Origin: Octopus sinensis
Lineage: Eukaryota
Direction: 5' to 3'
Assembly (NCBI RefSeq): GCF_006345805.1
Contig: NC_043003.1
Location: 70,494,001-70,558,000, forward strand
Length of the DNA stretch: 64,000 nucleotides
Shown: positions 62,690 to 64,000 of the stretch, one piece after another
How positions within the stretch are numbered: the stretch's first letter is position 1
Layout: every line of letters begins with the position of its first letter
Notes under the pieces: model-generated
What the model saw: only the letters and a program-made list of their open reading frames with translations
Database searches by the model: none
What the model was told of the DNA's origin: nothing
Translations under genes and position numbers: made by a program

Positions 62690-63045
62690 TGTTTCATTCC
62701 CTGGACTGCGACCATGCTGGGGCACCGCCTTCAAGAGTTTAGTCGAAGAAATCGACACCAGAACTTATTTAAGTCTCATACTTGTTAGATCTCTTCGGCA
62801 GAGAGACACACAAGTCAACACAGGTTGTTAAGCGGTGGTGGTGGTGGGCCGACATACACAGTCACTCACATTCACACACACACACACTTATATAGACAGG
62901 CTTCCCACAGTTTCCATTTACCAAATATTCTCACAAGGTTTTAGTTGGTCAGGGACTGTTGTAGAAGACATCTTTTCAAGGTGCCATGCAGCGGGGCTGA
63001 ACCGGAAACTCCAAGGTTGTAAAACGAGCTTCCAACCCACTCAGA
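62690..63045 (-). mobile_element. SINE family B, degenerate
   Basis: ACCATGCTGGGGCACCGCC tail; CAAGGTGCCATGCAGCGGGGCTGAACC head. Confidence 0.75.
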
Positions 63046-64000
63046 GATGCTCCCACCTATCTATCCATGCGCTTATATAATGTTTAATCATCAAATGAAT
63101 GAGAAAATTTACTCCATTGTGAGTATACACACAAGCTTAGACGAGATTATTTGGAAATATCTAATCTCGGAACTAAATCATCAAAATAGTCCCTAAACCC
63201 CATTCTCGTCATCTTTTCTCGCTTCTCAGCCTTTTCCTGACTTCAGTAAATACTGCAACAGTTCTTCAAAATTCAAAATCTAATTCACGTTGATTGGATT
63301 TGAGCCACATGAATATTGAACATGTTGCCACCATGTGTAAATTCTTGGTTCGTCTTTTTTTTTACGTTAGAAGTAAACCAAAACTATATTTGATATTCCT
63401 TGCGTGTTTGTGTGTCTTCATGGAGATTATGTATAATAAATATAAAACACACGAACAGAAGTGTTAACCTGAATAATAACAAAAGATTTCTTTTTTTAAA
63501 TAACGTTTGTCAGTTTTTATCTTAAAAAAGGAACGAATATTTACACCGTCTGTTTGTCTATGACAAGAAAATATAGACTTAATACATAATTATTCAGAAT
63601 TCTGTTCTGTATTAAGAAACTGCACTAAAATATGTCAGTGTTTCGTGCAAATTAATGTCCATTTATTTTTTAATTAAAACTAATTCCTTTTGAAATGTAA
63701 AGTGCACACAATTACACACTCCTTTAATATAAATATGGCTACTCTCTTATTAATTGCAAATCAAAGAAATGAAAAGTGATTTATCTTATTGTTTTATCGA
63801 AATGAAAGGTGTGTTGTCTATCACGTTCACAAAGTTTTTTCCCCAGACTGATGACGTCAATTCAGCTGATAATCGACTTGAACTTAAGTAAAGTTATATT
63901 TCCAGGGAAAAGTTGATTTACAAGACCTTCAGTCGTAGAGCAGCGGATGAAGCAAATATTTTAACACAAAGTTAAGGGCTGCGACGCAGTTTAGATGTTG

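Noticed and set aside
63835-63900. Possible micro-exon (TTTTTTCCCCAG..AA/GTAAAG), CRE palindrome TGACGTCA at 63852-63859, and CTGATGA
   Set aside because: Each is expected by chance in 64 kb; there is no supporting gene context, and the HHR GAAA and helices are missing

Overview
Eukaryotic, very AT-rich, repeat-saturated DNA. I could not support any host protein-coding gene, rRNA, intact tRNA or CRISPR array. The SINE families and microsatellite load look like an octopod cephalopod (Octopus-like) genome; this is inferred from recalled repeat sequences, not from a search. Almost all ORFs in the supplied track are microsatellite artefacts. Real content: (1) dozens of tRNA-derived SINEs of about four modular families (called A-D here); (2) a 5'-truncated, inactivated R4/Dong-clade non-LTR retrotransposon (RT plus restriction-like endonuclease, 36344-39306) inside a cluster of (TAA)n-associated insertions, plus three more R4-like fragments; (3) CR1/L2-group LINE 3' fragments; (4) Tc1/mariner-superfamily relics (two maT/DD37D-like, one mariner, mariner and pogo/Tigger MITEs) and a complete non-autonomous Helitron; (5) many fold-back (inverted-repeat) elements; (6) about ten hammerhead-ribozyme (HHR) motifs in unrelated short elements of Penelope-like/retrozyme type. 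The most striking items are a type I HHR with an intact catalytic core at 2465-2534 (minus strand) and a TSD-flanked element combining a tRNA-type Pol III head, an HHR and terminal inverted arms (10008-10410). There is one 100-N gap (18407-18506). SINE and fragment boundaries are approximate.
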